From: a virus
Length of the DNA stretch: 45,624 nucleotides
Strand: one strand, 5' to 3'
UHGV virus genome: UHGV-0133287
A model generated the notes under the pieces. That model had not been told where the DNA came from. It worked only from the letters and a program-made list of their open reading frames with translations, and did no database searches. Made by a program: the position numbers and the translations under genes. Shown one piece after another: positions 9,609 through 19,921 of this stretch; the stretch's first letter is position 1, and each line of letters begins with the position of its first letter.

Positions 9609-11072
9609 TTATTCAGAAAACAAGTTCAGCAGATAATCAGGATTATATTCCATGACGAACTCTATATCTCTGGCAGGTGAGAATGGTGTCATTTTTACAT
9701 GGAATTTAACAATCCCGTCCATCAATGACGTAATCGTGTTTTCAGACTGATCAAAGGTAACAACACCACCTGCAATATCCTGATTACCTGTGAGGCCGTT
9801 AAGCCAAATATTCGCACTTGTAACAATCGATTCAATTAATCGTCGGTTTGCAGGATTGTCTATTTTTGACCAATGCGAAAGAATTAACGTATTACCCACC
9901 CAGTTAAACATACGTCGGCAAACACGAAATGCGTCTTTGGGGTCTGTAGATGTTGGATAAATAGCATTACGATTTCCCCATGATTTCCAACCATCAAAAT
10001 TAAGGCTTGTTACAATCCCCTGTCCATTTAAGTAGTTTGCCTGGCTAATGTTAAGCCATACTTCACTGCCATCTTTACGTACAGCACCGTCCATCTGTAG
10101 TTTTATATTTGACGGAGAACGTGATGGAATATCACCATACTGACTATCCAGCAAGCATGTTGCGGCCGCTAAATGGGTTGAGTGATGGTAAATATTGTCA
10201 CCAAGTTTCACCATCGGCCAGCACACTGTCTGGTTAGCGGCCATGTGATTATTGTTCTGTTTCCATTCAGGAACAGCCGAGTAATCACTGATAGTAGATT
10301 TATCGGTCGGTGCATCAGTTATGGCTTCTGCTTTGAACAATTCACTAATCAACGCGGCTTTAGCCGCCATTAGCTGACCAACTTCACTATCAGAACTAAA
10401 TCCAGGCGCAATCACTTGTCCAGGAACCAACTTGAAGCGGGGATACACATCAGACAGTAACTCAAGCCCTGTATTGGCTTTAGTGTTGGAATCCACACCA
10501 CCGATAATGTCATTTTTAGTTACGGCACCGGGATCAAGATGCGTATAACTAACCTTAAGAGTAGCGTCTTTTTCGGTAATTTTTCCTCCGCTAATAGCGG
10601 TAATGACCGTATAGCCATTATCATCCAGCGCCAGCACATAATCGGTATCAACCGTTAATCCTGCCGAATCACCATCTGCTTTTTTCACAACAACAGATTT
10701 ATATAAGACACCATCGTTAGAGAGCGTACCTTTCCCGCCAGAAAGTTTTACTACCTCATCAGTTACGTCTTTCTTATGCTTTGCTGGATCAAGCACATTA
10801 ATAAATACAACTGGCGCAACACCATATATTCCAAATGCGACTTTAATTACTTCGCTTAAAGTATATTTCTCGAAGTTTGTGCTATATCCTATTTTAGATA
10901 CGGCCTCTGCGTATGTATAAGCAATGATAGGTTTATTTACCGCTGAGGCTGGATCTTCTAACTGATTAACAGGAGCTGTACCAAATGCGACAATCAACCC
11001 AGCACTAACTTGTACTGGAGGAGTTATAGATGTAGCCAGCTCAGATATATAAATACCGTGGCGATATCCCAT
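9609..11072 (-). CDS. tail sheath protein (FI-like)
   Basis: 487-aa ORF opening MGYRHGIYISE..., a characteristic sheath N-terminus; followed by the tube gene. Confidence 0.8.
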   Translation of the reverse strand: MGYRHGIYISELATSITPPVQVSAGLIVAFGTAPVNQLEDPASAVNKPIIAYTYAEAVSKIGYSTNFEKYTLSEVIKVAFGIYGVAPVVFINVLDPAKHKKDVTDEVVKLSGGKGTLSNDGVLYKSVVVKKADGDSAGLTVDTDYVLALDDNGYTVITAISGGKITEKDATLKVSYTHLDPGAVTKNDIIGGVDSNTKANTGLELLSDVYPRFKLVPGQVIAPGFSSDSEVGQLMAAKAALISELFKAEAITDAPTDKSTISDYSAVPEWKQNNNHMAANQTVCWPMVKLGDNIYHHSTHLAAATCLLDSQYGDIPSRSPSNIKLQMDGAVRKDGSEVWLNISQANYLNGQGIVTSLNFDGWKSWGNRNAIYPTSTDPKDAFRVCRRMFNWVGNTLILSHWSKIDNPANRRLIESIVTSANIWLNGLTGNQDIAGGVVTFDQSENTITSLMDGIVKFHVKMTPFSPARDIEFVMEYNPDYLLNLFSE

Positions 11073-11362
11073 TATTTAATCTCCATGATAGAAGAAGAAA
11101 CTCTAGAGTACATTACATACTCGACACTGGTTTTATCAGAAAGTCTTTTTTCTGCATCTGCAAAATCACTGGTTGCCACAAACAAACACTTTGCACCAGG
11201 AATATGTGATATTAATTTTTCACACTCTGGAGATAAACCATTCTTAAATAGTTTATGCTTCAAAATTGAGAGTTGAGGGATTGTTGGTCCTATATATACA
11301 AATGTTTGAGCAACATCTTCCTTCTTTTCTATATCTTCTTTACTACTTTTCTTATTAGCCAT
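11072..11362 (-). CDS. hypothetical protein (head-tail joining region)
   Basis: 96-aa ORF between capsid and sheath genes; no motif recognised. Confidence 0.3.
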   Translation of the reverse strand: MANKKSSKEDIEKKEDVAQTFVYIGPTIPQLSILKHKLFKNGLSPECEKLISHIPGAKCLFVATSDFADAEKRLSDKTSVEYVMYSRVSSSIMEIK

Positions 11363-11848
11363 TTAGATAAACTCCTGAGACTGAATATTCTGAGGCTTTA
11401 ATACTAGCCACGTTCCAGTTGCTTCCGTTATCCAATATGGATATGGTTGATCATCAAACATTCGCCATCTGATATCACCCTGAAAGAGAAATTTCTCTTC
11501 AAGTAAAGGCTTCTCCTGAAAATGAAACATCATCCTTTCAAGAAGAGCCATTACCCATTCATATCCAGTATGGTCCTCACAAAAACCACCTAGAAGAAAC
11601 TTAACCTTAACTTCATCCGTTTCAGGCTGCATTCCTCCTTCCGTGGGTCTGATGATCACATGAGGAAATTCTGGCGGTTTATCTGGAGATGGTTGTGATT
11701 TAGGAGGCAAGTACCCTTTAAATATTGTTGGAACAAACAATTTAATATCGCTGTCTGTTTCATCATAAGGAGGCCCCTGCACTAATAAATCATGGAAAAG
11801 CTCATGTTCCAACCGATTTTTTATTGCATCTATCAAAAGATTAATCAA
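11363..11848 (-). CDS. hypothetical neck/tail completion protein
   Basis: 161-aa ORF in the head-tail connector region; function by position only. Confidence 0.3.
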   Translation of the reverse strand: MINLLIDAIKNRLEHELFHDLLVQGPPYDETDSDIKLFVPTIFKGYLPPKSQPSPDKPPEFPHVIIRPTEGGMQPETDEVKVKFLLGGFCEDHTGYEWVMALLERMMFHFQEKPLLEEKFLFQGDIRWRMFDDQPYPYWITEATGTWLVLKPQNIQSQEFI

Positions 11849-12189
11849 ATCGGCATTCCTCTGTTAGTATTAACAGTGAGAGTTATTTCCAATACACCAA
11901 CATTATCTGATACTTCATCAACAATATAATTTTTACCGTTGATTTTCATTGACTGGTCTTTGACAGGGATAACAGGAAAATCTTTTCTTGAAACAAATAA
12001 TATTATTTGTCCCTGATTTATTCCCTCTGCAAACTCAGCATATGAGCGTTTATTACGCTCATGAATAAGGTCTGTATCAATAACGGCAAGGATATCCTTG
12101 CCGTCTATGTTATATGTATCGGCAAACTCTTTTTCATTGAGGAATATTGCAGAAATATCTTGCGCTATAACCTCTTTGAAGGAGTTCAT
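11845..12189 (-). CDS. hypothetical head completion protein
   Basis: 114-aa ORF with 4-bp overlaps to both neighbours in the connector region. Confidence 0.3.
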   Translation of the reverse strand: MNSFKEVIAQDISAIFLNEKEFADTYNIDGKDILAVIDTDLIHERNKRSYAEFAEGINQGQIILFVSRKDFPVIPVKDQSMKINGKNYIVDEVSDNVGVLEITLTVNTNRGMPI

Positions 12190-12581
12190 TACTTCTTATT
12201 ACCTTTTTTTTGCGTTGATTTTTTCGCATTACTGGTATCAGAAGTAGCTACAGATTCAGATGAATCATCAGCAACCATTTCCTCATTGCCGCCATCATCC
12301 TCAAACTCAACCTCGAATACACAGCTACCCGCCTCCGTTCGCGTAATCAACCCCGCGTCCACAGCATCATTAACAGCAGATGCGTATCCGTGCTCAAAAG
12401 CTAACTTAGCAGCATCATAGCCCCCAGCCGATGCCAAATCACCATCCTCTTCGGTGGCAATAGCATGTCCTGACGCAATCAGTTCGGCAATTCTGGAGTT
12501 ATCCATTAGCCCATTAAGCAAACGGCCCGCTTTTAGCGAGCCGTGGCTTATCGTATCGATGTTTTTAACCAGTCTGGCCAT
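12189..12581 (-). CDS. hypothetical protein with acidic C-terminus
   Basis: 130-aa ORF directly after the major capsid gene; C-terminus is Asp/Glu/Ser-rich then Lys-rich. Confidence 0.3.
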   Translation of the reverse strand: MARLVKNIDTISHGSLKAGRLLNGLMDNSRIAELIASGHAIATEEDGDLASAGGYDAAKLAFEHGYASAVNDAVDAGLITRTEAGSCVFEVEFEDDGGNEEMVADDSSESVATSDTSNAKKSTQKKGNKK

Positions 12582-13625
12582 TTAAACCACCTTAGCCACC
12601 AGATAGGCGTCAGCCACGCCAGGATTAGGCAGTGGAGACGACTTCATGGCAACATAACGACCTCCCGGCTTACGAGATACCCAAGTATCTGGAACTCGTG
12701 GTGACTCAACAATCGTCAGAGTCTTTTCAGCTTCATCTACAAGCTCTACAGCACCATACAACATAGTTCCCCGCCCCGGAGAGCCAAGGAGAATCTTATC
12801 CTCCGGCACTAATGGTTCTGGTTTTCCTGTTTTATCACTAAGAATAAGTTCGTCGTAACCATAAAAATCGAGCCCCTCAATATTACCATAATGAGTAACT
12901 CCTTCTTCTAAGTCCTCTGGCTTAATATACCCAAACTCTTTTCGACGATTATCAAGATATTTAGTTACTGCTTCATTTTTAACGAATGCATCAACAACTT
13001 TTGCACCCATTACAGCAGTACGAGGTGTAAAACCTGATGTTAGTGATACCCGGCGCTTCCAGTTGCGGATATTGACCAACGGATCTGATTTTGCGGCACT
13101 CCATAAATCATCACCTGTCAGTTCAAGGTATGGTTTATCACCTTCCTCTTCAGGCCAAAAATAAACTGTGTCATCTACTCCTTCACCAACAATATCAACC
13201 TGTCCCGTAAACAAGACCTGTGCACACATCCATTCTTCACGGCGGTTAACCATTTCATCAAGCTCAAGCAAATCTTTACCTAATTGCTCGGCGGCTCGTT
13301 CTGCTGGCGATTTTGCGTTGTAAATATTCTCACCCGGAAGCCTGTTTAAAAGCAGTTCGGCTGTTGTTACCAAATCAGGTGCAACAAGTGGTGGCTCCAG
13401 AGTTCTCGTTACAAAGCCGCGTCGCTCAACGGTTTTTGAGCCAAAACCTTTACCAACAAACGGAGCCATAGTACGGCCACCGCGAACAAAATCCAGATCA
13501 ACTTTCTTTGTATTAAAGGTCTGAACACCAGGGAAAAAGGTACGAAGAAGAAAACGACGAGCCTTGAAATTCTGAATAACAGGCTCAAGCATTGTACGTC
13601 GTTCAAAAATATCAATATTCGGCAT
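12582..13625 (-). CDS. major capsid protein (lambda gpE-like)
   Basis: 347-aa ORF opening MPNIDIFERRTMLEPVIQNF..., preceded by decoration-like and protease genes in lambda-type order. Confidence 0.75.
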   Translation of the reverse strand: MPNIDIFERRTMLEPVIQNFKARRFLLRTFFPGVQTFNTKKVDLDFVRGGRTMAPFVGKGFGSKTVERRGFVTRTLEPPLVAPDLVTTAELLLNRLPGENIYNAKSPAERAAEQLGKDLLELDEMVNRREEWMCAQVLFTGQVDIVGEGVDDTVYFWPEEEGDKPYLELTGDDLWSAAKSDPLVNIRNWKRRVSLTSGFTPRTAVMGAKVVDAFVKNEAVTKYLDNRRKEFGYIKPEDLEEGVTHYGNIEGLDFYGYDELILSDKTGKPEPLVPEDKILLGSPGRGTMLYGAVELVDEAEKTLTIVESPRVPDTWVSRKPGGRYVAMKSSPLPNPGVADAYLVAKVV

Positions 13626-13645
13626 AAAAATACGACCTCTTTATA

Positions 13646-14029
13646 TTATGCAGATGGATTTTGTTGTGCGGTATTAAGGAATATTCCAACCTTCCGGCAA
13701 GCCATATATACATCGGCAACTTTTGCTGATTCAGGAAGGATAACCGCATGTGCATTGAACATTCCGGTCAGCCATGCTGTTCCGACTTGCGCTGAATCAG
13801 TCGCATCAATATTGTGTTGAGCGATACAATACGGTTCTTTTGCCTCCCCTTCACCAGAGAGATTTATTGGCGCCACAGTGACAACATTTGTTGTCTGATC
13901 AATACTGACAAAAGCAAGTAACTCACCCCGTTTTACTTTACCGCTGGCAAGTTTAATACTTGTTGGAATTGCTGGCATACCACCAGAAATAATCAGATTA
14001 TCTGGTTCAAATGAAAAAGACTCTCGCAT
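13646..14029 (-). CDS. head decoration protein (gpD-like)
   Basis: 127-aa ORF between the protease and major capsid genes, the position and size of lambda gpD. Confidence 0.5.
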   Translation of the reverse strand: MRESFSFEPDNLIISGGMPAIPTSIKLASGKVKRGELLAFVSIDQTTNVVTVAPINLSGEGEAKEPYCIAQHNIDATDSAQVGTAWLTGMFNAHAVILPESAKVADVYMACRKVGIFLNTAQQNPSA

Positions 14030-14038
14030 AAACTCACC

Positions 14039-15127
14039 TTAATTTTTATCGCGGTTTTTAAATACTGACCCAATAACATTTTTTACTGCTTCAGCCTGTT
14101 TGTTGCCGTTGTTTTCTGGTTGATTAACATCAACTGAATCATTCACCTCACTTGCGTCTTCTTGCCGTTGATTAAGAAAGTTTTTGTTACGCGCTCGCTC
14201 TGCATTCATAATTTCCAAAGCAAGTTCAGCCGCAGAAACTCCTGTTTTGAATTTTGCATTCTTAACCAGGTCGTCATGACCAGGAATCACGCTATTCTCG
14301 ATTGTTTCAATGCGCTCGCGTTCTGATTTAACGCCCTCGTCTTTACCAGCATTAAAAACCTGATTGTATAATTCTGGATATTTATTTTTTAATTCATCAA
14401 GAGTCACAATATCGTCCTCATTTTGTTCATTTGATTCAGTAGATAACTCATTTTTATTTTGCGGCAACTTTGCGAGTGAATCAGGTAATTTTGAAAACCT
14501 TGATGCTTCAAAAGTTATTCCATTAAGCGAAAGCATCCCTTCCTTTATAGAAGCGGATAAGCGCATTGGTTTTTCAACTTCGTCAGCAAATCCAAGCTCT
14601 ACAGCCTCTTCTGCATTTAGCCATGTTTCCTGATCCATTAGTTCAATTAATTTATCCTCAGAAAGCCCTGTTTTCTCCTTATATGCAGATAAAATACTAT
14701 TGCGTATCTTATCCATCATCTCAGCAATATCACGCAATTCATCCGCATCGCCAGCAGCAAATGTCCACGGATTATGGATCATCATCATAGCATTAGATGG
14801 GATAATAATTTTATCACCCGCCATTGCAATAATAGTTGCAGCCGATGCAGCAATCCCGTCGATATAAATCGTAATATTCGCCTTATGACGCTTTAATGAT
14901 GAAAGAATAGCTTGAGCAGTAAAAACAGACCCACCATAACTATTAATTTTTACGTTGATAGTATTTGATGAAATATCCTTTAATTTATTAACTATGTCAG
15001 AAGAAGAAACCTCATCAAATTCACCAATATACCCGTAAATTAAAAGTTCAGCCGGAGAGTCATCTTCACCCGTGCTATTTTTTATTTCCCACCAATTAGG
15101 CATCATCAGTCTCCATATTTTGTTCAT
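14039..15127 (-). CDS. prohead protease (ClpP/S49 family) with scaffold-like C-terminus
   Basis: 362-aa ORF with a ClpP-like core (INSYGGSVFTAQAIL...IDGIAASAATIIAMAGD) and a charged C-terminal half; sits between portal and capsid genes. Confidence 0.7.
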   Translation of the reverse strand: MNKIWRLMMPNWWEIKNSTGEDDSPAELLIYGYIGEFDEVSSSDIVNKLKDISSNTINVKINSYGGSVFTAQAILSSLKRHKANITIYIDGIAASAATIIAMAGDKIIIPSNAMMMIHNPWTFAAGDADELRDIAEMMDKIRNSILSAYKEKTGLSEDKLIELMDQETWLNAEEAVELGFADEVEKPMRLSASIKEGMLSLNGITFEASRFSKLPDSLAKLPQNKNELSTESNEQNEDDIVTLDELKNKYPELYNQVFNAGKDEGVKSERERIETIENSVIPGHDDLVKNAKFKTGVSAAELALEIMNAERARNKNFLNQRQEDASEVNDSVDVNQPENNGNKQAEAVKNVIGSVFKNRDKN

Positions 15128-16670
15128 TTACCTCAGAAACAGGAGGTGTAATAAGCCCCAACTCACGGCGAGCATTCTCTTCTCTGCCACAGATTTGTGC
15201 GGTTTCTTCCCAGTTAAGACCTGACATTTCAGCCGCTTCCTTTTCACGGGTAGAGAATGTTTCCTCAACACGCAGTTTTGCAGCTTTAACTTCTTTAAGG
15301 GGATCTAATTGGCCTTGTGATGGGCCATACCATTGGGCGCCGCTCCATGCAGCGCGATATTCAGGACCATAAAAAAAACCAGGGGCAATAACACGGCCTT
15401 TTGCAACGGCTTCGGCCAACCATTCCTCATAGATCGGTTGGCAAAATGACTGAACCATCCAGTCACGTCGCATACGGAACATTTTCCAGGCTTCAAGTAA
15501 TGCGGCCCTGCTAGCGCTATAACTTGCTGTAAAATGCTTTACCAAGAGTTCGTAAGGGAGTTCTAAAGCAGCCCCAATTTGACGGCATATGGCGACAACA
15601 AAACCATCAAATGCCGTATTTGGTCGCCCGGGATTTGCTGTATCTATCGACTCACCTTCACCCAAACTTACTATGGAGCCATTCCCCATTTCTTGGGTGT
15701 TATCATCATGGTTATCGATCTGCTCGTACTGAGGGATACCCGATTCACCGACTGGTCCATCAGGAGCGTCTGTTTTAATAAAGACAGTAAACATCCCTGA
15801 CACAACCGCAGCAACCAATTCAGCATCGGTGTATCGTCCTAACTGCTTCAATGCTTCAATTACAGGAGCAAGGACAGGAACGCCACGGCGTTGCCCAGGC
15901 CTTTCAAAATCCTGCATGACATGCAGAATATTTCTTCTTCCTGTTTTACTCCCATATGCGGGAATACGTTCCCACTTGCGGGTTACAAAATCAGAAGTCC
16001 CGGCTGGGTGATGTTTTGCAACCCAGTACGCCACAGGCTCGCTAAATTCACCAACCTCTACGCCACCGTAAAGATTTGGTATAAAACGATCCTCTGGATT
16101 GCAAACACGATCACCTTCAATTAAATAGACGCACAAATCATATATAACACCCTTACGCTTAATAACTGGTAGCGCAGCAAATATATCGCCAGATGTTAAC
16201 GCAGATATTTGGACCAATGATTGCAATTGTCCAAAAGTACACATTCTTGATGCATCACAATTTGGAGAATCAGCCCATAATCTAAACTCACGCTCAACAT
16301 GCTTTTCCCATGCTCGCGCTTCTTCCTGCGTCATCCCCAAGAAATCGGCATCAATGTTCGCATTTAGTTTTAAACCGGAACCAACAACGTTTGTCCTGAT
16401 AGTTTTTATTGCGCCAACCGATAGCGGGTTTCCCATGAAGAGATCACGAGAACGCTCACGCAATTTATCTATATTTTTAACAATATCATCATCAGGAGAA
16501 CCAGCTTTACTAAACCAACCCCTTAATGATTTTTTATGAGTGCTTGCACCATGACGTGAATATCCAAGGTTATTAATACCTTCAAGTGCTTCTAACCGTT
16601 TTCTTGCCAAAGCTCGATTTAATGCCCTCTGAGGTGAAAACGGCGCAATAACTCGATCAAGAATATTCAT
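15096..16670 (-). CDS. portal protein (lambda gpB-like)
   Basis: 524-aa ORF following the gpW-like and terminase genes in lambda head-module order. Confidence 0.7.
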   Translation of the reverse strand: MNILDRVIAPFSPQRALNRALARKRLEALEGINNLGYSRHGASTHKKSLRGWFSKAGSPDDDIVKNIDKLRERSRDLFMGNPLSVGAIKTIRTNVVGSGLKLNANIDADFLGMTQEEARAWEKHVEREFRLWADSPNCDASRMCTFGQLQSLVQISALTSGDIFAALPVIKRKGVIYDLCVYLIEGDRVCNPEDRFIPNLYGGVEVGEFSEPVAYWVAKHHPAGTSDFVTRKWERIPAYGSKTGRRNILHVMQDFERPGQRRGVPVLAPVIEALKQLGRYTDAELVAAVVSGMFTVFIKTDAPDGPVGESGIPQYEQIDNHDDNTQEMGNGSIVSLGEGESIDTANPGRPNTAFDGFVVAICRQIGAALELPYELLVKHFTASYSASRAALLEAWKMFRMRRDWMVQSFCQPIYEEWLAEAVAKGRVIAPGFFYGPEYRAAWSGAQWYGPSQGQLDPLKEVKAAKLRVEETFSTREKEAAEMSGLNWEETAQICGREENARRELGLITPPVSEVNEQNMETDDA

Positions 16671-16906
16671 AAATCTCTTATCACCACTCGTTTAATTCGT
16701 GGGCCTCGGCGTATACTTGCTGATAATCTTTCTACTTCATTACGCCAGTAATCCATCTCTTTTCTGACTTCTGATAAATCCGCACGAGTTAACTGCCGCG
16801 TACCAAATTTATATGACTGACCGCCAATAGCAATAGCGCGATATGCTTCCCGCCAGACAGATAACATCTCTCTGGCTTCAGTCAGAGAAAATGCTTCATT
16901 GTTCAT
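16667..16906 (-). CDS. head-tail joining protein (gpW-like)
   Basis: 79-aa ORF between the terminase large subunit and portal genes, the position of lambda W. Confidence 0.5.
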   Translation of the reverse strand: MNNEAFSLTEAREMLSVWREAYRAIAIGGQSYKFGTRQLTRADLSEVRKEMDYWRNEVERLSASIRRGPRIKRVVIRDL

Positions 16907-16917
16907 TTATATTTCCT

Positions 16918-18774
16918 CTATATGGTTACGCCTTTACTTATAACTCTACGGCGTCTTCTACGTATACCTGACGAGTTCTGCACATACACATTACCTCGCA
17001 TTTCCTGTTCGGCAAGCCAGTTAAAATTAGGGTTCAGAATTTCCATCGCAGCAGTTGCATAGTTACGGCAATCAAGAGGCTCGTTACGCTCGTAGACTTT
17101 CACCCACTTTTCTTTTGTCTGCCCATTTTTATATTCAAATATTTTTTTCTCTGATAATAATCCTTTAAAGTATTCGGTATCATATCCTCTGTCAGAATCT
17201 AATGGGAAATGCATATAACCAGGACCAGGATCATGTAGTTTAATTCTTGCCATGATGGTCCCTTTACCATCATCAACCCCCAAATTAAACAACATAGCAC
17301 CCACACGGTTATTATTACTTGGCTTTCCTATAAATGGTAAACCTACCCCACCACGCCCCCTGATAGAGTATATTCGCCTTGATTCTCTCGGCTTAGTAAA
17401 GCGATATACCTCTGTCGTAAAATGCCCACCAGAGTCAATACAAACGGAAGAAATCTGTAATTTTCTACCGTCACGGAATGACCAGCTACGGAGTAAGTAT
17501 TCATCAAGTTGTTTCCAGACAACATCTTGTGCGGGATCACCTGGGAATATTTTATATTCTATCCCCCATGACTCCTTACCTTTTCCCCAACCGACCAATT
17601 CACAAACTAAATACGTGTCCTGTACGTCAACACCAGCACTTAACAATAAAACATCATCTGGTAAAAACTCTTCAAACCTTATTCTGCGTTGCAACAAGTA
17701 TTCAGGATCGATATCGTCTTTAGCATCCTCTTTCCATGGCTCACCCAGCTTAAGGTTAATAAACTCCATTAATCCATTTTTATCGCGGTTTCTGGTTGCT
17801 TCCGTAAACTCTTCAACCAGCTCTGACAATGCAACCCACGGGGAGTAAAGACTGTTAATATGAAAACCAACAATACCTTTAATTCCAGTATGTTCAGCTA
17901 TCCATACCCCCTTCGCCAACCAATCAACGTCTGGTTTACCAGATCCGCGCATAATCCCGCCGCACTCACAGCACTCATATCTGGCCGTTTCCGGTAACGC
18001 CTCACCTGAATCGCTCTTATCCCATCTGACTTGCGACCATTTCATCACCTGCATGGTGCCACAACATGGGCAAGGAACATGGTAGTAACGCTGATCGGAG
18101 AGCTTAAACCACTTGTGGATTTTGCTCGTTTCCTCCAAAACAGGAGTAGAAACAAAAACTTTCTTACGATTATGAAAGTTGGTAGTACGCTGAATACCTA
18201 GTTTTAGTGGGTCGCCCTCCTGCGTCACACCGTAACGATCAATCTCATCAGCTAACAGTATTCGAATTGGCCTGGATGCAAGACCTGCTGGGGAATTAGC
18301 ACCAACAAGTGCTATATATCCACCAGCGTAATGCTTCATACGTATAGTCGTGCTGGACTTTTTGGCTGCACCGCGCCCCTCTTTCCCTTCATGCAGCTTG
18401 TGTTTCAAACCAGGGGAATATTTGAACGTCGGATCAATACGCTCTTTTGAAAAAGCCTCAGCCGCCTCTACCGTTGGATAAATCATCAACTGAGGAGATG
18501 GCTCCTGATCTGCAAAGTAACCCATAACATTTAGCTGTAATTCGGATTTACCAATTTGCGAGCTACATTGCATCACTACTGTTTCTGTATCAGCGTCACC
18601 AATAACATCCATTGGTTCACGCAAATATGGCACTCGGCTTGTACGCCACGGCCCTGGCTCTGGAGACGTTCCCGGCGCTACATGACGATACTTATCAGCC
18701 CATTCGGAAACAGTTAGCCGTGATTTAGGGCGAAGCGCACGGAAAAAAGCGGTGCTCCATACTGTTTCGCCCAT
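16918..18774 (-). CDS. terminase large subunit (lambda gpA-like)
   Basis: 618-aa ORF with an ATPase region containing a Walker-A-like QIGKSE and a C-terminal nuclease-sized domain; preceded by a small-subunit gene. Confidence 0.85.
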   Translation of the reverse strand: MGETVWSTAFFRALRPKSRLTVSEWADKYRHVAPGTSPEPGPWRTSRVPYLREPMDVIGDADTETVVMQCSSQIGKSELQLNVMGYFADQEPSPQLMIYPTVEAAEAFSKERIDPTFKYSPGLKHKLHEGKEGRGAAKKSSTTIRMKHYAGGYIALVGANSPAGLASRPIRILLADEIDRYGVTQEGDPLKLGIQRTTNFHNRKKVFVSTPVLEETSKIHKWFKLSDQRYYHVPCPCCGTMQVMKWSQVRWDKSDSGEALPETARYECCECGGIMRGSGKPDVDWLAKGVWIAEHTGIKGIVGFHINSLYSPWVALSELVEEFTEATRNRDKNGLMEFINLKLGEPWKEDAKDDIDPEYLLQRRIRFEEFLPDDVLLLSAGVDVQDTYLVCELVGWGKGKESWGIEYKIFPGDPAQDVVWKQLDEYLLRSWSFRDGRKLQISSVCIDSGGHFTTEVYRFTKPRESRRIYSIRGRGGVGLPFIGKPSNNNRVGAMLFNLGVDDGKGTIMARIKLHDPGPGYMHFPLDSDRGYDTEYFKGLLSEKKIFEYKNGQTKEKWVKVYERNEPLDCRNYATAAMEILNPNFNWLAEQEMRGNVYVQNSSGIRRRRRRVISKGVTI

Positions 18775-18779
18775 GAGGT

Positions 18780-19340
18780 TTATTCTTCCTGCTTAATAAA
18801 TCGGGATTCCTGGAGCGCCTGAAGCGCAAAATTAATCTCGTCTTCAATAATGCGTTCGATCTCCCTGGCTGTTTTGCCTTCACAACGGGGAGCTGCTCTT
18901 GGAGCAATACTAAATAAGCGGCTACGCAATTCATTAGCTGCCAGAAATGCATCATCCCTGACCGCATCTTTAGCGATGAGAGAGCCTTCCTTTTCTTCAA
19001 ATTCAAGGCGTTTCAGCTTTGCCTGATAAATTTTTTCTGCGGTCTTAGCCTTGTTGAATTGCACCGCAACACCGGAAGTACCACCAGCTAATCCGGCATC
19101 ATCAGCGGGTAACTCTGGTTGTTCCGAAGATATCCCATGCCCTCTTTTTCCATTTTCAGCAGATACCTCACGACCAACCTGTCGGCTCGCTTCATAAGCC
19201 GCACTAGCTTTATCAAAATCCAGCTTGCCGCTTTTCAGCACTGGAATGCGACCGGAACGACAGAGCTTCGTAACCATTGCCGGAGAAATACCTTTTCGGC
19301 GGGCAAACTCTGACTTACTGACGATGGCCATTACTTGCAA
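18780..19340 (-). CDS. terminase small subunit (Nu1-like, N-terminal wHTH)
   Basis: 186-aa ORF immediately upstream of the large subunit; N-terminus KSEFARRKGISPAMVTKLCRSGRIPV is a winged-HTH like Nu1. Confidence 0.55.
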   Translation of the reverse strand: MQVMAIVSKSEFARRKGISPAMVTKLCRSGRIPVLKSGKLDFDKASAAYEASRQVGREVSAENGKRGHGISSEQPELPADDAGLAGGTSGVAVQFNKAKTAEKIYQAKLKRLEFEEKEGSLIAKDAVRDDAFLAANELRSRLFSIAPRAAPRCEGKTAREIERIIEDEINFALQALQESRFIKQEE

Positions 19341-19921
19341 CCATTAGCAAGATACTGAACAAATCCCTCATGCGTTTCATGCGCGTCGTGGTACTGACGA
19401 TAAACATCCAGCAACAATGCAATTTCCATATCCGTCGCGGGAATACGTTCTTTATCAATAGCCAGGTACTTAATTTGAACAACAGGGGAAGAATTATCGT
19501 CTTCTTCCTGCGGCTGTTCATCGCTTAACATTTCGTCAAGCTCTGCATCATTAAACCCAAGCAGATCAATATCAAAATCATCATCCATTAACGCTTTGAC
19601 TTCTTCGGCCAGAAGCTGCATATCCCAGCCAGCATTTAAGGCCAGCTTGTTATCTGCAATCCTGTAAGCCTTCTTCTGTTTTTCAGAAAGGTTACTCAAC
19701 CGAATCGCTGGAACTTTATCCATTTCCAGAATTTCGGCTGCTGCAAGCCGCCCATGCCCCGCAATCAGTTCATTCTTTTCATCGATCAGCACAGGATTAG
19801 TGAAACCGAACTCACGGATACTGTTCACCAACTGTTCAACTTGCTCATCTGAATGAGTCCGTGAATTTTTGGCGTATCTGAGCAGCTTACCGACTGGTAA
19901 ATATTCGATTTTTAGAGCCAT
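19331..19921 (-). CDS. ParB-like nuclease domain protein (paralog A)
   Basis: 196-aa ORF with the ParB/Srx motif IAGHGRLAAA; overlaps the terminase small subunit start by 10 bp. Confidence 0.65.
   Translation of the reverse strand: MALKIEYLPVGKLLRYAKNSRTHSDEQVEQLVNSIREFGFTNPVLIDEKNELIAGHGRLAAAEILEMDKVPAIRLSNLSEKQKKAYRIADNKLALNAGWDMQLLAEEVKALMDDDFDIDLLGFNDAELDEMLSDEQPQEEDDNSSPVVQIKYLAIDKERIPATDMEIALLLDVYRQYHDAHETHEGFVQYLANGCK

Noticed and set aside
13409-13615. 68-aa minus-strand ORF nested in the major capsid gene
   Set aside because: Out-of-frame overlap with a strongly supported capsid gene; hydrophobic low-complexity translation.
17252-17848. 198-aa plus-strand ORF inside the terminase large subunit gene
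   Set aside because: It lies entirely within a well-supported minus-strand gene, is low-complexity and Ser/Pro-rich, and has no RBS; a shadow ORF.
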